64,000 nt of DNA, taken from assembly GCF_006345805.1 (NCBI RefSeq), contig NC_043000.1, forward strand, positions 148,366,001 through 148,430,000, given 5' to 3'. The stretch's first letter is position 1, and every line of letters begins with the position of its first letter. This DNA is from Octopus sinensis (Eukaryota). The notes beneath the pieces are model-generated. The model had not been told where the DNA came from. It saw only the letters and a list, made by a program, of their open reading frames with translations, and made no database searches. Of this stretch, positions 12,863-25,869 are shown in pieces. A program made the position numbers and the translations under genes.

Positions 12863-13247
12863 AGGAGTGGCTGTGTGGTAAGTAGCTTGCTAACCAACCA
12901 CATGGTTCCGGGTTCAGTCCCACTGCATGGCATCTTGGGCAAGTGTCTTCTGCTATAGCCCCGGGCCGACCAATGCCTTGTGAGTGGATTTGGTAGACGG
13001 AACCTTAAAGAAGCCTGTTGTATATATGTATATATATATAAGTGTGTGTGTCTGTGTTTGTCCCCCTAGCATTGCTTGACAACCGGTGCTGGTGTGTTTA
13101 CGTCCCCGTCACTTAGTGGTTCGGCAAAAGAGACCGATAGAATAAGTACTGGGCTTACAAAAGAATAAGTCCTGGGGTCAATTTGCTCAACTAAAGGCGG
13201 TGCTCCAGTATGGCCGCAGTCAAATGACTGAAACAAGTAAAAGAGTA
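12863..13247 (+). mobile_element. SINE family A
   Basis: Full-length copy. Confidence 0.9.
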
Positions 13248-13291
13248 GATGAGCACATTTGAGATAAGTATATAAAGTAATAAAGCAATAC

Positions 13292-13333
13292 CTCTGCAAA
13301 CCTGCTGTGGTAAGCAGTGCTTCTGCATACTAC
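13292..13333 (-). CDS. Candidate 42-nt exon VVCRSTAYHSRFAE
   Basis: AATAG acceptor, GAG|GTATTG donor, phase-compatible with 16277-16375. Confidence 0.25.
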
Positions 13334-15477
13334 CTATTTAGAGTAATGTGAACGGAGAAAAAGTTAAAGTGTCTTAGCTAGAGATAATCCAGCATTAGTG
13401 ATAGCATACTAATTGCCAAATTTTGGGGCAAATGAAGGCAACACTTTAATAACTTACCACATTGTGTATCTTGACACTTATGTAAGTAATACATCCATAA
13501 GAATAATAGCTAAAGCAACATTTCAGAAATAAGCTTGAGAATTCAGAAATTAAAATAAATAGAAATGTTAATGCAGTTAAAATGTTACAAAAACTTTGAA
13601 AAATCAGGCAGCTGACACTGTCAAAGCCTAGAAGATAAAATGGGACATTTGAATTGTGGGTGGGTAGATTTATCAAGAAATTCTTGTCAATGGATATAGC
13701 TAACTAGGAAAGTAGGAGTTGAAAAATAAAAGATTGAGAAAACAGAATGGGTTTTGCCTGTTATAAGACAACTTCAGGGATAATTTGAGATTTCAGATAG
13801 TAAGGAAGAGATGGTGTGTTGATGAGATATCTTTCACTAAAATTAGGATTCCATATAGTGAAGCCACAATGGAAGACAGTGACTACCCACAGTCTTTGGA
13901 GACTTTCTGAGATTAGTCAGAAGGAGGTACAAGGTTAGTGCAGTTTATTATGTAGATTTGATAAGTTGGAAATGACTATTATTAAGGGAATAAATTGTAG
14001 GGTAGGAGTTCCACTAAATGGCAGTCTTTTGAATAAAGGACTGTGTAATAGCCTATGTAACAACATAGGGTTTAAGGAGAGAAATACAATGAGGAGAGAG
14101 GGGGGAAAGGGAGTGTTTCTGGAAAGTTCAAAAGAGCAAAGTTCATTACACTGGTAGTGAGAAAGGTTATTCAGAGATGGTAGATTTTCAACAGATGGTT
14201 TTCTGCAGAATAGGATGTGAATGATCAAAAGATGTTTACCATCCTGTTTATGAAGGCAGCACTCCAAAATAAAGAGATATTTGAATCTTGTAATGATTCA
14301 GCAATTGCTCTAGGATGGAATATTTAGTGGAACTAGTAGGCAGTCACTTCTGTTTGAAGTGGTTTCAGCAATATTAAGAATATGACGCCTCAAAGAAAAA
14401 TTGCTGGAATACTGAGGCCAAGTGTAGTTGTTGGTAAAAAGAATATTCTTAAACTTAGTAGTTATTAAGAATAGATGTGATACGGATCATCATCTTTGAA
14501 ATGTGTATCTTTTGCATTTTGTTAGGTGTTATTGAATTTTAAGATCCCAATAGGAAGGCAGAAGGAATACCAATAAATATAAATACCAATAATTTTCTCT
14601 GATATGTTTTAACCATTTGAGTAGGATCAATTAAATGTTGTTCAGAGTAATTTGTATAGAATTAGCAAAGGTTTGATCAATTAGTACATTTGGAGGATAA
14701 AAGAAATTTGAAAGAAGAGTTGATGGTTTAGGATAGTTGCTTGTAATACAGCCAGTGTTTATGAAAGTAGTATTGTAGTATTTATAAGATAATAGGAGCA
14801 ACAGATATTAGTGTAGTAACAGAGTTTGGGTTCTGGAAGCTGCAGTCAAACTAGCAGCAGGAGAAACTGACTGGTGAAAAAAACTGGTTTAAAACTATAG
14901 AAATGTGTACTAGCTGGGTCAATGTGGATACAAGTAGGAAAGTCAGACACAATTATGGTTATTAAAATTGTAGTAAACCTTCTTCGAGGAATGCGAATCT
15001 TTAGTGGACAACATCGATGGAGTGAGACAATGAGAGTTGAATAGATTATTTGGAACAAGTTGAGTGAGATATAGTAACTGGAGTTCTTTATTGGCCATGA
15101 TTAGGTGACAAATATATGACATAGAGAGTGGGCATACATAGGTACACATTTTCCTACTAAGGCTGAAGTTGATGTGAAAAGTACCGAGATGGTAGTTGAG
15201 GTCAGCAGTGGATTTAGAATGATAGCTAAGTTGTATTAATGTAAGGAAAGTGTATTTGGTTTAGGAAGATAAACATTAATATAGTAAGTAGGAACACAGC
15301 AGAAGTAGAAAGGAAAAAAAACTGGAAAACATGCAGGTGGGTGCACAAGATAAGGGAACCGTCTGAAATTATAGATTTGTAGGGAAGAAATTAATGTATA
15401 AGATGGATACAAAGGGTTTGAACTTAAGTAAAGATAGATATACTAAAGGATTAGGCAAACAAGAGACGGGTAAATAT

Positions 15478-15519
<42 letters not shown>

Positions 15520-16276
15520 AGATTAATATAATGGGACTAATATAATTAGCTAACAGCTAGCTAAATACAAAACATATTGTGGAAAGAAAAAGGGACGGTC
15601 AAAGAGATACCAGTAAGAAAAAAAAAATAGATTGACAGAACCAAAGAGGAAACAAAGTGGAACTGTCATAGTAAGATAAGAAACATCCGGGAACAGAATT
15701 GAAAAAAATATAAATAACAAGAACTTCCTCAGTTACCACACACAAAACAGAAACGGAACAATAAACAGAAGAGATGTGTATGTTTGGTTGAGAAGGGGGA
15801 TAGAATGCAAAAATTTATAGTAATCATTATATATCAAATATCACGGGTGTATATTTTGTAATGAATAACTGAAGAGATTTAATTAGGGATAAACATTATT
15901 GAAGGAAGTGTGATTTCCATGGGTTTACCCACAACTAGCTAATCATAACATTCCGAATTAGATATATAAAATAATAAATAACGGTGACATTAGATGAAAG
16001 ACAGTATTAATCACTTGTTGGATTTAGAGAATAAGTCACCCCTTTTCTAAATAGTCTAAGAGATTAGATAAAAGAGAGAGAAATACAAAATTTCCGGACA
16101 TAAAAAAAAAGTTTGCTTTTGCAAACAATCACCTAGAACATATTCTAGCTAGAACAAATTCTAGGCATAGAACAGGTGGGAGACATTCTTGGATATGACG
16201 CTATTCGGAAACGTTCTAACGCCACCCCCAGCTAGAGTAGCCCCTCGCCTTTTCGGCAGCCTTATACTAATTTTAC

Positions 16277-16375
16277 CAATCTAGACGGATTGGAACAATA
16301 AGCTTTGAACTTGTTAAAGGTGGCTATTGTTTCTGGCTCTCTTGCCTCCTCAGCCAACAGTTCACCAGTAAACTT
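16277..16375 (-). CDS. Candidate 99-nt symmetric exon KFTGELLAEEAREPETIATFNKFKAYCSNPSRL
   Basis: AATAG acceptor, TTG|GTAAAA donor, open only in the phase 0-0 frame. Confidence 0.35.
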
Positions 16376-17099
16376 CTATTTATATAGAATAACACATCTT
16401 TAGTGCTTCTGCATTTGCAAAGGTTTAACATTAAGAGTGAAACATTGTGCTACATTCTACATGTGTAATGTATGTTATTAATTGCTACAATATTTGATTA
16501 TCAGTATTCAGGCAAGTTGTTACTTAACAGCCAGTAATATTTAAAAAAAAGGCAAATATAATTTAGGCTTTATAGTAATTATCTTGAATGCCTACACCAA
16601 ACAGCCGCTTTTAGCGCCAATTGACATAATAGATTTGAACAATTAAGTACCAAAAAAGAAAGAAAGAAAGAAGAAACTGTTTATAAATAAATTAGTAGTT
16701 CTGGAAAATAAAACGATGTCGCCAAGTGGCAAATTTAGACAATAGTAATAACAACCACTGTGTGTTTCTGGAAAAGAATGTCAAGCATGGGAAGAGAAAA
16801 AAGATAAACGTTGGTAGGTGGTTATAAAAGAAGAAAAAACAACAACAACAAAAAAAAAACAGCTGGTCAGTAGAGAAGTAGGATGGGTATTCTTAGAGTA
16901 GGTTCTGAAATGTGGTTCTTGTCCAAACATTGAGAGACCCAACAAGAAGCAACTGTGTTGCAACCGACCGAGAGAGATAGTGAATAATTTTATTTTCAAA
17001 TAAAATTATTTATTTTAATTTAAAACAAAAAAAATTATAGAAGAATGTGTCAAGTAAATAATGCATATGACGATTTATCACACAAGCTAGAAGTTTCAA

Positions 17100-19000
17100 T
17101 TTATGGTTAATATATTTCTTAGACATGAGGTTGTCTGCGTGTATATATATATATATCTATCTATATAGATATAATCGTTTGACCAACGTTGGTTATATTG
17201 TATCGATCCAGTAAGGATGACAGGAAAATTCAGTTTTATTTGAAATTGCATCACTGTAGCATTGAATTTAATCACGTCCGTTTCCTATCCTCTCTCCGCC
17301 AAATTCCACCCTTTGATAGCTGGCGACCACTACATGTAAAAAGATACGAGCATAATCGAGATATCGATACCTCAATATCACGAGTATTTCAGCTACAGAT
17401 CATTTAATCGAATACTGTTCAAGTCACCAACAATATCAATAATTTTCTATGGTGACATAAACATGAGGAAGCAAAAAGAAAAGATACAAATGGATGGCTC
17501 ACAACTCCCGCCATATTATCATTTATCCCCCCACAGTTCTTGTTTATTTGCACAACATATTAATTGCATAACGCATACTCAGATAAAACGAGATGACAAC
17601 ATCCACGGTTACGCATTGCATACACAGCGAGAAGTGTTTATATGTATATATATAAACACATTGCTGTAAACGACAGTAAATGTTTATGTATAGGAATCAT
17701 TTAATAACAAAAATGTACAAGAAAGTCTAATGTGGCTGATTGCAAATTTCAAATTCCGATAGTCTCCAAAATGTCAAATTAGAGCGAATGGAAGAACAGA
17801 TTATAAATAAATAAAGAAACGGTTATAAAATTAAATTGTTTAAATGCTGATTCGATTTTGTCTATTTAATAAATTCACTAAAATAGGTTTGTTATGATTG
17901 TTTAGTAATCGGTAAAATACCAAAATTTAGTGGTGACCGTCACCAGCAAGGAATGTAGCAAAAATATTAAAAAAAAAAAAGTTATGGTAGTAGTAATTCT
18001 ATAGAACAGTGGCATTTCACATATCATGCAATAGCTGCATCATAATTCGGTACTGGTTCCCGCTATAATTAAAACCGTTGTATTTATGTGCGTCTGAATG
18101 TGCACACGTCTAGATGTGTGTGTGTGTGTGTGTGTTTGTTATAAAGCGTATAAACCCAGACTTTCTTTGATTGTAAATGATTTTCACCACCACCGCCACC
18201 ACTCAATTCTTAATGGCACTCCCAGACATAAACAAGCACAGACAAGTAGTATTTTGTTACGAGATGTAAGTAAGGAGGAAAAAATATCGAAGCGATTTCG
18301 ACAGCTGTAAATGCAAATAAAATTACTTTCAAAAACGTTACAGAGATCGTTGAGGATAATAATGTAACTTACCGGTCGTAAAGAAACCTTAGCAGTTATA
18401 AATATTATCGATGTATCTGTTGTAAACCGTCTTCGCGATCGAGTCGAGGTGATCTAGGATTATTTCCCACTCCTTAACCAGTAAAACATTCCAGTCAGCT
18501 AAGTAAGCAAGTAAAAGCACCGAAAAAGTTTTTCCTCGAAGTTTAGAAACACTCACAATGTGGGCGAGTCTATTCAGTGGTTTCATATAGGGGTGTATAT
18601 CACTGCAGTTGTCTTTTTCTCTTTCCTTTTTTATATTTTTTTTCTGTCTTTTCGTTATTTTTTACTACTCTATCCCGACGTTCTTTTCTTGTTTATACAT
18701 TTAATCTCCTATGATCGAGTTATTTCTTTTCACTTCTGGTTTTCCAAATCTGCTTGTTCAACTTTTAATCTTTTTTTCTTTCCCTTTCTTCCTTTTTTTT
18801 TTATTTCGTTTATCTGATCGTTGATAGGTCAGTCGCTCCTCAGTACTATCGTAGCAAACTTCGTTCTCCCGTCAGGATTAACAAAAATATTTTCTTTTCT
18901 GTCTTTCTCTTTGAGTAAGCTGAAAAAAAAATGAGTGTTTATCTATTTATCATTCTCTTTCACATGCATTTCGCAATTCCAATGACACTCACTCCGTACC
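17100..19000 (-). promoter_or_regulatory. Putative promoter / 5'UTR exons of the minus-strand gene
   Basis: CpG-retaining, nearly repeat-free stretch. Consensus donors GTGAGT (18556) and GTAAGT (18372), a 58-nt intron with a pyrimidine tract ending TTACTTAG, and a strong acceptor at 17447. Confidence 0.4.
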
Positions 19001-19089
19001 AAATGCACATGAACATCAACCATGAAAATCATAGTAAATTTGTTTTTTTTTCTAGCTGGCAGCGCACCACCCTCACTCGCTCTCCGTCT

Positions 19090-19149
19090 CCCCACTCCTT
19101 CTCCCTCTCTATCTCCACTTTCTCTCTCCCTCTCTTTTTCTTTCTCTCT

Positions 19150-19185
<36 letters not shown>

Positions 19186-19277
19186 CCTCTCTGTCTCCAC
19201 TTTCTCTCTTCCTCTCTGTCTCCACTTTCTCTCTTCCTCTCTGTCTCCACTTTCTCTCTTCCTCTCTGTCTCCACTT

Positions 19278-19308
<31 letters not shown>

Positions 19309-19425
19309 CTCTCTTTTTCTTTCTCTCTCTCTCTCCTCTCTGTCTCCACTTCTCTCTCCCTCTCTGTCTCCACTTTCTCTCTTCCTCTCTGTCTCCACTT
19401 TCTCTCTTCCTCTCTGTCTCCACTT

Positions 19426-19478
<53 letters not shown>

Positions 19479-19490
19479 CTCTCTTTTTGC
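19090..19490. repeat. Polypyrimidine compound repeat: (TC)n plus 23-bp minisatellite CTCTGTCTCCACTTTCTCTCTTC
   Basis: Repeated units visible directly. Confidence 0.95.
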
Positions 19491-19992
19491 TTTTGTTGTT
19501 GTTATCAGTATCTCAATGTTACCACGTTATCACGCAATTAAAAGGGTTGCATCTAGGTTCATTACAGCCATTCAGTTGGTCAAGGTGAAACCTTAAGCTA
19601 AAACAGGAAGGCATGAGGATGAATTTTAATTACGTTTCTAAAAGAAATATATCAAGTCACACACTTGCGAAATGGTAACGCGAACCCAAGTACTTTTAGC
19701 GACTCCGTTGAAATTATCAGCTTTAAAAATAAAAACGTCGCGAAAAAAAGAACCTTGTTTCAGTCATTGCACTGAGACCATACTGCAGCACCGCCTTGAA
19801 AGGTTTTTTAAAAAAAATTGATCTCAATACTTATTTTTTAAAGCCTAATATTCTATCGGTTTCTTTTGCCGAACCGCTAGGATACACGGACGCAAACAAA
19901 CCAACACCGTTTCTCAAGCTGTGGTGGGGAACAAATACAGGCACACACACACATACATATACATGTGTGTATACCTATCTATCTGTCTACCT

Positions 19993-20025
<33 letters not shown>

Positions 20026-20029
20026 CTCT

Positions 20030-20450
20030 TACTCTCTCTTTTACTCTTTTACTTGTTTCAGTCATTTGACTGCGGCCATGCTGGAGCACCGCCTTTAGTC
20101 GAGCAACTCGACCCCGGGACTTATTCTTTGTAAGCCCAGTACTTATTCTATCGGTCTGTTTTGCCGAACCGCTAAGTGACGGGGATGTAAACACACCAGC
20201 ATCGGTTGTCAAGCAATGCTAGGGGGACAAACACAGACACACAAACACACACACATACACACACACATATATATATATATATATGTATATGCGACGGGCT
20301 TCTTTCAGTTTCCGTCTATCAAACCCATTCACAAGGCTTTGGTCGGTTCGGGGCTACAATATAAAACATTTGCCCAAGGTGCCACGCAGTCGGGCTGAAT
20401 CCGAAACCATGTGGTTGAGAAACCAACTCTTACCACCCAGCCACGCCACA
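20030..20450 (-). mobile_element. SINE family A
   Basis: Full-length copy; older partial copy at 19750-19960. Confidence 0.9.
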
Positions 20451-20586
20451 CATACACATTCACACTATATGACGTCACAAGTTTATCTTAACGGTTTGTA
20501 AATTCAAGCATATATTTTGCTCTCGCTGTCTCTCTTTCATTCTCCCTCTCTCCTCCCTCCTCTCTCTCTCTCTCTCTCTCTCTCTT

Positions 20587-20624
<38 letters not shown>

Positions 20625-20625
<1 letters not shown>

Positions 20626-20763
20626 CGGAGTAAACATATAAATGTGAAACAAGGTGGAAAAAAGAGTACTCAAATACCAGTGGTAGAGTAATATGCTTTA
20701 TTTAAAGCAGCAGAAAATTCAACAAAACCTGTTACTCTGAGTTTCACGTTGCTTTAAATAAAG
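20625..20763. mobile_element. Internally collapsed copy of the palindromic H2 element
   Basis: Near-identical to 40163-40288, then joins directly to the equivalent of 40460-40472. Confidence 0.85.
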
Positions 20764-20880
20764 TATATATATATATTATAATATAATGTAAATAAAGTTA
20801 GATAAGGCCGGTTTATGGGATAAAGCGCTCAGCTTTTCGGCGTATGACGAGATCCCAAAGCCTGTTGGCTCGAGGCCTCA

Positions 20881-20947
<67 letters not shown>

Positions 20948-20971
20948 TATCTACCCTCTCTCTCTCTTCTC

Positions 20972-21056
<85 letters not shown>

Positions 21057-21074
21057 GCGTTTTTCCGATGGCCG

Positions 21075-21135
21075 GATAACTGAAAAGATGGTGGCGTGGA
21101 TTTCCACCTCGGCATCCGAAACTCGGAGTTTTATC
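21075..21135 (+). ncRNA. Hammerhead-like motif (family H1, diverged; CTGAAAA core)
   Basis: GATAA CTGAAAA GATG..CATC-C GAAA CTCGGAG TT TTATC. Confidence 0.4.
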
Positions 21136-21195
21136 TTGGCTACCGAATAATTGTTGTCACATATACATTACAGATATATATATATATATATATAT

Positions 21196-21264
<69 letters not shown>

Positions 21265-21594
21265 AATTGGTAGGTTAAAATCTAAGCTGTCCTCTTGGAT
21301 GTATATGTCCGCGTGTATGTATTTATGTATATTGATACATGAGACGTATATGTATATACACTTATTACTCCACTCCCTAAAACGCTTCATCCAAATTTAA
21401 ATTTTGTATTATTTGATTCTATCTGATGAGTATCTAATTGGAAATTTCTTACATATTTTTCCTACTTGTACGATTTTGTAATTCCTATTAGCATATGAAA
21501 CATGTGAAATGGGGAATAAATAATACCAAAAAGCCTTTTCCAACCTCCTGTTTTGATTTATATTTATGTACATGCGCAGGAGTGGCTGTGTGGT

Positions 21595-21977
21595 AAGTAG
21601 CTTGTTTACCAACCACATGGTTCCGGGTTCAGTCCCACTGCGTGGCACCTTGGGCAAGTGTCTTTTACTATAGCCTCGGGCCGACCAAAGCCTTGTGAGT
21701 GGATTTGGTACTAGAAACTGAAAAGAAGCCCGTCGTATATATGTATATATATATTATGCATGTGTGTTGTTTGTGCGTCTGTGTTTGTCCCCCCCCTCGC
21801 ATTGCTTGACAACCGATGCTGGTGTGTCCCCGTCACTTAGCGGTTCGGCAAAAGAGACCGATAGAATAAGTACTGGGCTTACAAAAGAATAAGTCCCGGG
21901 GTCGAGTTGCTCGATTAAAGGCGGTGCTCCAGCATGGCCGCAGTCAAATGACTGAAACAAGTAAAAGAGTAAAAGAG
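21595..21977 (+). mobile_element. SINE family A
   Basis: Full-length copy. Confidence 0.9.
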
Positions 21978-22799
21978 TATGCTTTTGAGTTGCAGCCATG
22001 TTGGGACAGCGCTTTGAAGGGCTTCAGTCGGTCATATTGACCCCAGCATTTATTTCAGTCTGATATTGAATTTATCGATCCCATCGATTGGTTAAGTTTA
22101 CACTAATAAAGACAAATTCACTCTTCCTACCAACACACACACACATACACACTTTTAGTCACGGGATATATTATCCCCAAGTCCCAGTGACAAAGCGAAC
22201 TCAACACACGTTTATGTGTTTATGTATGTTTGTTCATGCATGTTTGTTGCGCGCGCGCGTATTTGTGAAGGTCCTTAACCTAGTGGCTGAGTGTTTGTTC
22301 GGTACATGGGCGGCGTGTTGTGTTCTTGAGCAAAAAGCTTCATTTCATGTTGCTCAAGTCAATACGGCTGAAAATGTATGCATGTATGTGTGTGTATATA
22401 TATATTATTATTATTACTAGTATTGTTGTTATACATACATACATACATACATACATACATACATACATACATACAAGCATATGTAATGATAATAATAAAG
22501 GGATGTAAACACATGAACAAAATAAGAATAAACAAAAACAACAACAAATTACATGAACGTATATAAACAGAAGATACAAATATTACAGGCATCCCCCCCA
22601 CACACACACATGCACTAAATAAACATAGACGCACATAGAGATATAAGCATGCGCAAATGAAGACATACAATAGAAATACAAAATGGCTGACGGTTAGTAA
22701 GGAGAGACACAAATAAGAAAGAAGAAAACAAAGGACCACTGATGCGGTCACAGGAGTGTGACGAAAGAACTCTGGCCGAAATAAGATTAAGATTACACT

Positions 22800-23049
22800 T
22801 ACTCTTTACTCTTTTACTTGTTTCAGTCATTTGACTGCGGCCATGCTGGAGCACCGCCTTTAGTCGAGCAAATCGACCCCGGGACTTATTCTTTTGTAAG
22901 CCCAGTACTTATTCTATCGGTCTCTTTTGCCGAACCGCTAAGTAACGGGGACGTAAACATACCAGCATCGATTGTCAAGCAATGCTAGGGGGACAAACAC
23001 AGACACACAAAAACACACACACACACCACATACATATATATATACACAC

Positions 23050-23085
<36 letters not shown>

Positions 23086-23260
23086 CATACATATACGACG
23101 GGCTTCTTTCAGTCTCCGTCTACCAAATCCACTCACAAGACATTGGTCGGCCCGGGGCTATAGCAGAAGACACTTACCCAAGATGCCACGCAGTGGGACT
23201 GAACCCGGAACCATGTGGTTGGTTAGCAAGCTACTTACCACACAGCCACTCCTGCGCCTG
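22800..23260 (-). mobile_element. SINE family A
   Basis: Full-length copy with expanded internal microsatellite. Confidence 0.9.
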
Positions 23261-23394
23261 TAATGTAAAAAATAAATAACACTGAAGCAAAGTAACACCA
23301 AATATATACAGGGTGCGGCAGAAAGGTTGCCTTGTGATTTTATTGGCTAAACTGGCAAAATGACCATTCCGAAATATAATAATAATATAATAAT

Positions 23395-23407
23395 AATAAT
23401 AATAATA

Positions 23408-23505
<98 letters not shown>

Positions 23506-23516
23506 CTATATATATA

Positions 23517-23582
<66 letters not shown>
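23395..23582. repeat. (AAT)n + (TA)n microsatellite (representative of many)
   Basis: Other large tracts: 20880-21058 (ATCT/TC/TA), 22430-22472 (ACAT), 28277-28340 (CA), 33292-33385 (TATG), 37345-37495, 38005-38150, 39177-39235 (AAT), 43390-43510, 51545-51680, 52455-52868. Confidence 0.95.
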
Positions 23583-23585
<3 letters not shown>

Positions 23586-23869
23586 AGCAATTATTTAAAT
23601 TTGGGCATACATCAAGTAGCATGCTGATTAAACCACTTTCACCAGGTATGGCTACCTGATGTCATCCAAAGATTTGATGTAAATGTTACGGAATTCTCGG
23701 GAATTCCGCAGTGTTCTTTCAATATATAACAAATTAGAGAAACACAAAATGTAATTCTCGAGAACCTTTATTCATCACAACGTGATGAACAAAGTTTCTT
23801 GTGAATACTCTAATTCACACACACACACACCTCTAATTTCAGCTGGGATGCGTATTGTCATCACTCCGT

Positions 23870-24725
23870 TTCATAATTTTTATGAACTGGGTTGACATGC
23901 GCCACTGTGCCAATGTTGTGGAAGTGGTGTAATAATTGGTGGGTTTAAGATCGTCAGGCTGATATTTGCAGACAACGTGGTGCGACTTGGCTCTTTAAGA
24001 GGTAACCTTCAGCATACACTGAATGGTTTCGCAGCCGAATGCTACAAGGCAAGGATGAGAATTAGTGTTGCAAAGACTGAGACTTTGGTGCTGCCAGGGA
24101 AGTCTTCCCAGTGCATTCTGCATGTTAGCAGAACATCACTGAGACAAGTGGAAAGTTGAAGTATCTCGTGACCGTATTCGTGAGTGATGTAAAACAGTAG
24201 GCTGAATTGGATGCTAGATTTGAAGAGTAGTTTGAGTACAGAAATGTACCAATTCCTGTATTCGATTCTCAGAGGAGGAGACGTTGGGGAAAAAGCCGAA
24301 CTTGCTAGTTTCAACTTGGTTTACGTGTCTATCCTTATCTATGGTCATAAATGTTAGGTATGACCGAATGAGTACTATCGCGAATAAAAGTGGCCGAAAT
24401 GGGGTTCTGCCAAAGGGTCTCCGGATAACATTACTGGACAGGGTGCGTAACTCGGAGATCAGTGATTCTCGCCAAGTTGAACCTCTGCTTCTCCGCATTG
24501 AGAGGGCACAGCTTCGGTACTACGGACATAGGATTAGAATGTTGTAGGAAGGAATCATGCCGAGCCAACCGACAGGAAACTTAGGGTCAGACCACGAGAC
24601 AGATAATATCCATAGTTTTAGTTGGTCAAACTGAGTAAACCAACCGGAAAGTGTAATGACGGTTGCCTCTGATAGGACCCTATGGAGTAGGTACCTGAGG
24701 ACTCTACTCCTACAACTCTCCCAAG
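23870..24725 (+). mobile_element. RTE-clade LINE 3' fragment (RT C-terminus)
   Basis: LIFADNVV..LQHTLNGFAAEC..RMRISVAKTETLVL; ITLLDRVRNSEI..VEPLLLRIERAQLRYYGH. Confidence 0.8.
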
Positions 24726-24751
24726 AATAGTGGATGGAAAGATGGATATAT

Positions 24752-25720
24752 ACGAGGTGTTCATTAAAGATTTCTTTTGCCCCACTTCCTAAGGACTGGG
24801 ATAATTATCAGTCCTTTTCTACATAGCCACCTCCAATGGTGACACATTTCTCCCATCGCTTTATGCAACTGTGAAGACCTCGTCTGTAGATGTCGGTAGG
24901 TTGCGTCTGGAGCCAAGACTTTACCTTAGAAATAAGTTCATGATCGCTCGAAAAGTGCTTCCTTTTCAAAAAAGATTCCATGGATGGGAAAAGGTGGAAG
25001 TCAGATGGAGAGTAAGCGGGATGAGGAAGGATTTCATAGCCGCAGGGGCCTCATGCGCATTGTGAACTGGGGCATTGTCTTGGAGGAGGCAGACTCCTTT
25101 GGTCAGCATGCCACTCTTCTCAGCTTTGATGGCGTCCTGCAATTTTTGCAGCAGAGAAGTATAATATGCCTCGTTAATTGTGGTGCCCTTTGCCAGAAAA
25201 TCCATCATCACTACTCCCCACTGATCCCAAAAGACTGTGAGCATCACTTTGCTTGCTGAGGCTTGGAAACGAGCCTTCTTTGGAGGTGGTTAGTTATCAT
25301 GCTTCCATTGCTTCGACTTGTCTTTAGTCTCAGGATCATAGTGATGGACCCATGTTTCATCCTGTGTGATAAGTCTGCCGAAAAGGTTCTCCTCGTTTTC
25401 TTGGCACATTGCCTGGGAGCAATTGACTCGTTCCTGCTGCTGAAAAGGTGTGAGCATCTGGGGAATCCATCCACAACCTACATTCCTGCATGCCACCACC
25501 CTAGCTTGGTACTTTTTATCGAATCCAAAAGCTTGAAAGGCAAAGTTGACTTCAGCTGGATTTGAACTTGGAGCGCTGAGAATTGGAACGAATCATCACC
25601 ATCATCCTTTGACGTGGTTGAACAACCAATCCCAACTACTCGGGATTCAAAATACGATCGGCTTTCACACCTCACCATTGTAACTTCCTTTCATCCCGTT
25701 GATAAGAACAAGCACTGCGT
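24752..25720 (-). mobile_element. mariner DD34D transposase pseudogene, one TIR retained
   Basis: WIPQMLT, ITQDETWVHHYDPETK, MLTVFWD, LLQDNAPVH motifs; TA|CGAGGTGTTCATTAAAG TIR at 24752. Confidence 0.9.
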
Positions 25721-25869
25721 GGTTTTCTATATAATGCTCAAACTACTCTGCAAAATCACGTCTTATACTCACCACCAGTTAGATATTTATTTTTGTGTTA
25801 ACTAGTGCATGTAATCTGTATGCCTATTATAGTATTGTACTGTTTTTTGGTTACTACTTCTATTATCAA

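Larger units (their letters stand above)
1188..18900 (-). other. Candidate multi-exon host gene (product not identified), transcribed leftwards from ~18.9 kb
   Basis: Series of AG...GT-bounded segments on the minus strand: ..18557|GTGAGT, 18498-18373|GTAAGT, 17446-17371, 16375-16277, 13333-13292, 10353-10236|GTGAG, 8299-8074, 7210-7078, 6081-5915, 2263-2228, 1240-1188|GTAAGT. CpG-poor body and CpG-richer 5' end. I could not join them into one unambiguous, recognisable ORF. Confidence 0.45.

Noticed and set aside
13400-15300. CpG-poor purine-rich stretch with ORFs up to 110 aa; possibly an ancient LINE
   Set aside because: No diagnostic motif recoverable
18130-18271. Plus-strand consensus donor GAT|GTAAGT suggesting an antisense exon
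   Set aside because: Isolated motif; expected by chance
18931-19596. 221-aa and overlapping long ORFs (LSLS../ERER..)
   Set aside because: Translations of the (TC)n minisatellite
20822-20880. Partial TGAGGCC..GCCGAAAAGCT hammerhead-like remnant
   Set aside because: Core truncated by (ATCT)n
22320-23659. Many YIYI/HTHT/CMYV ORFs here and throughout the window
   Set aside because: Microsatellite translations
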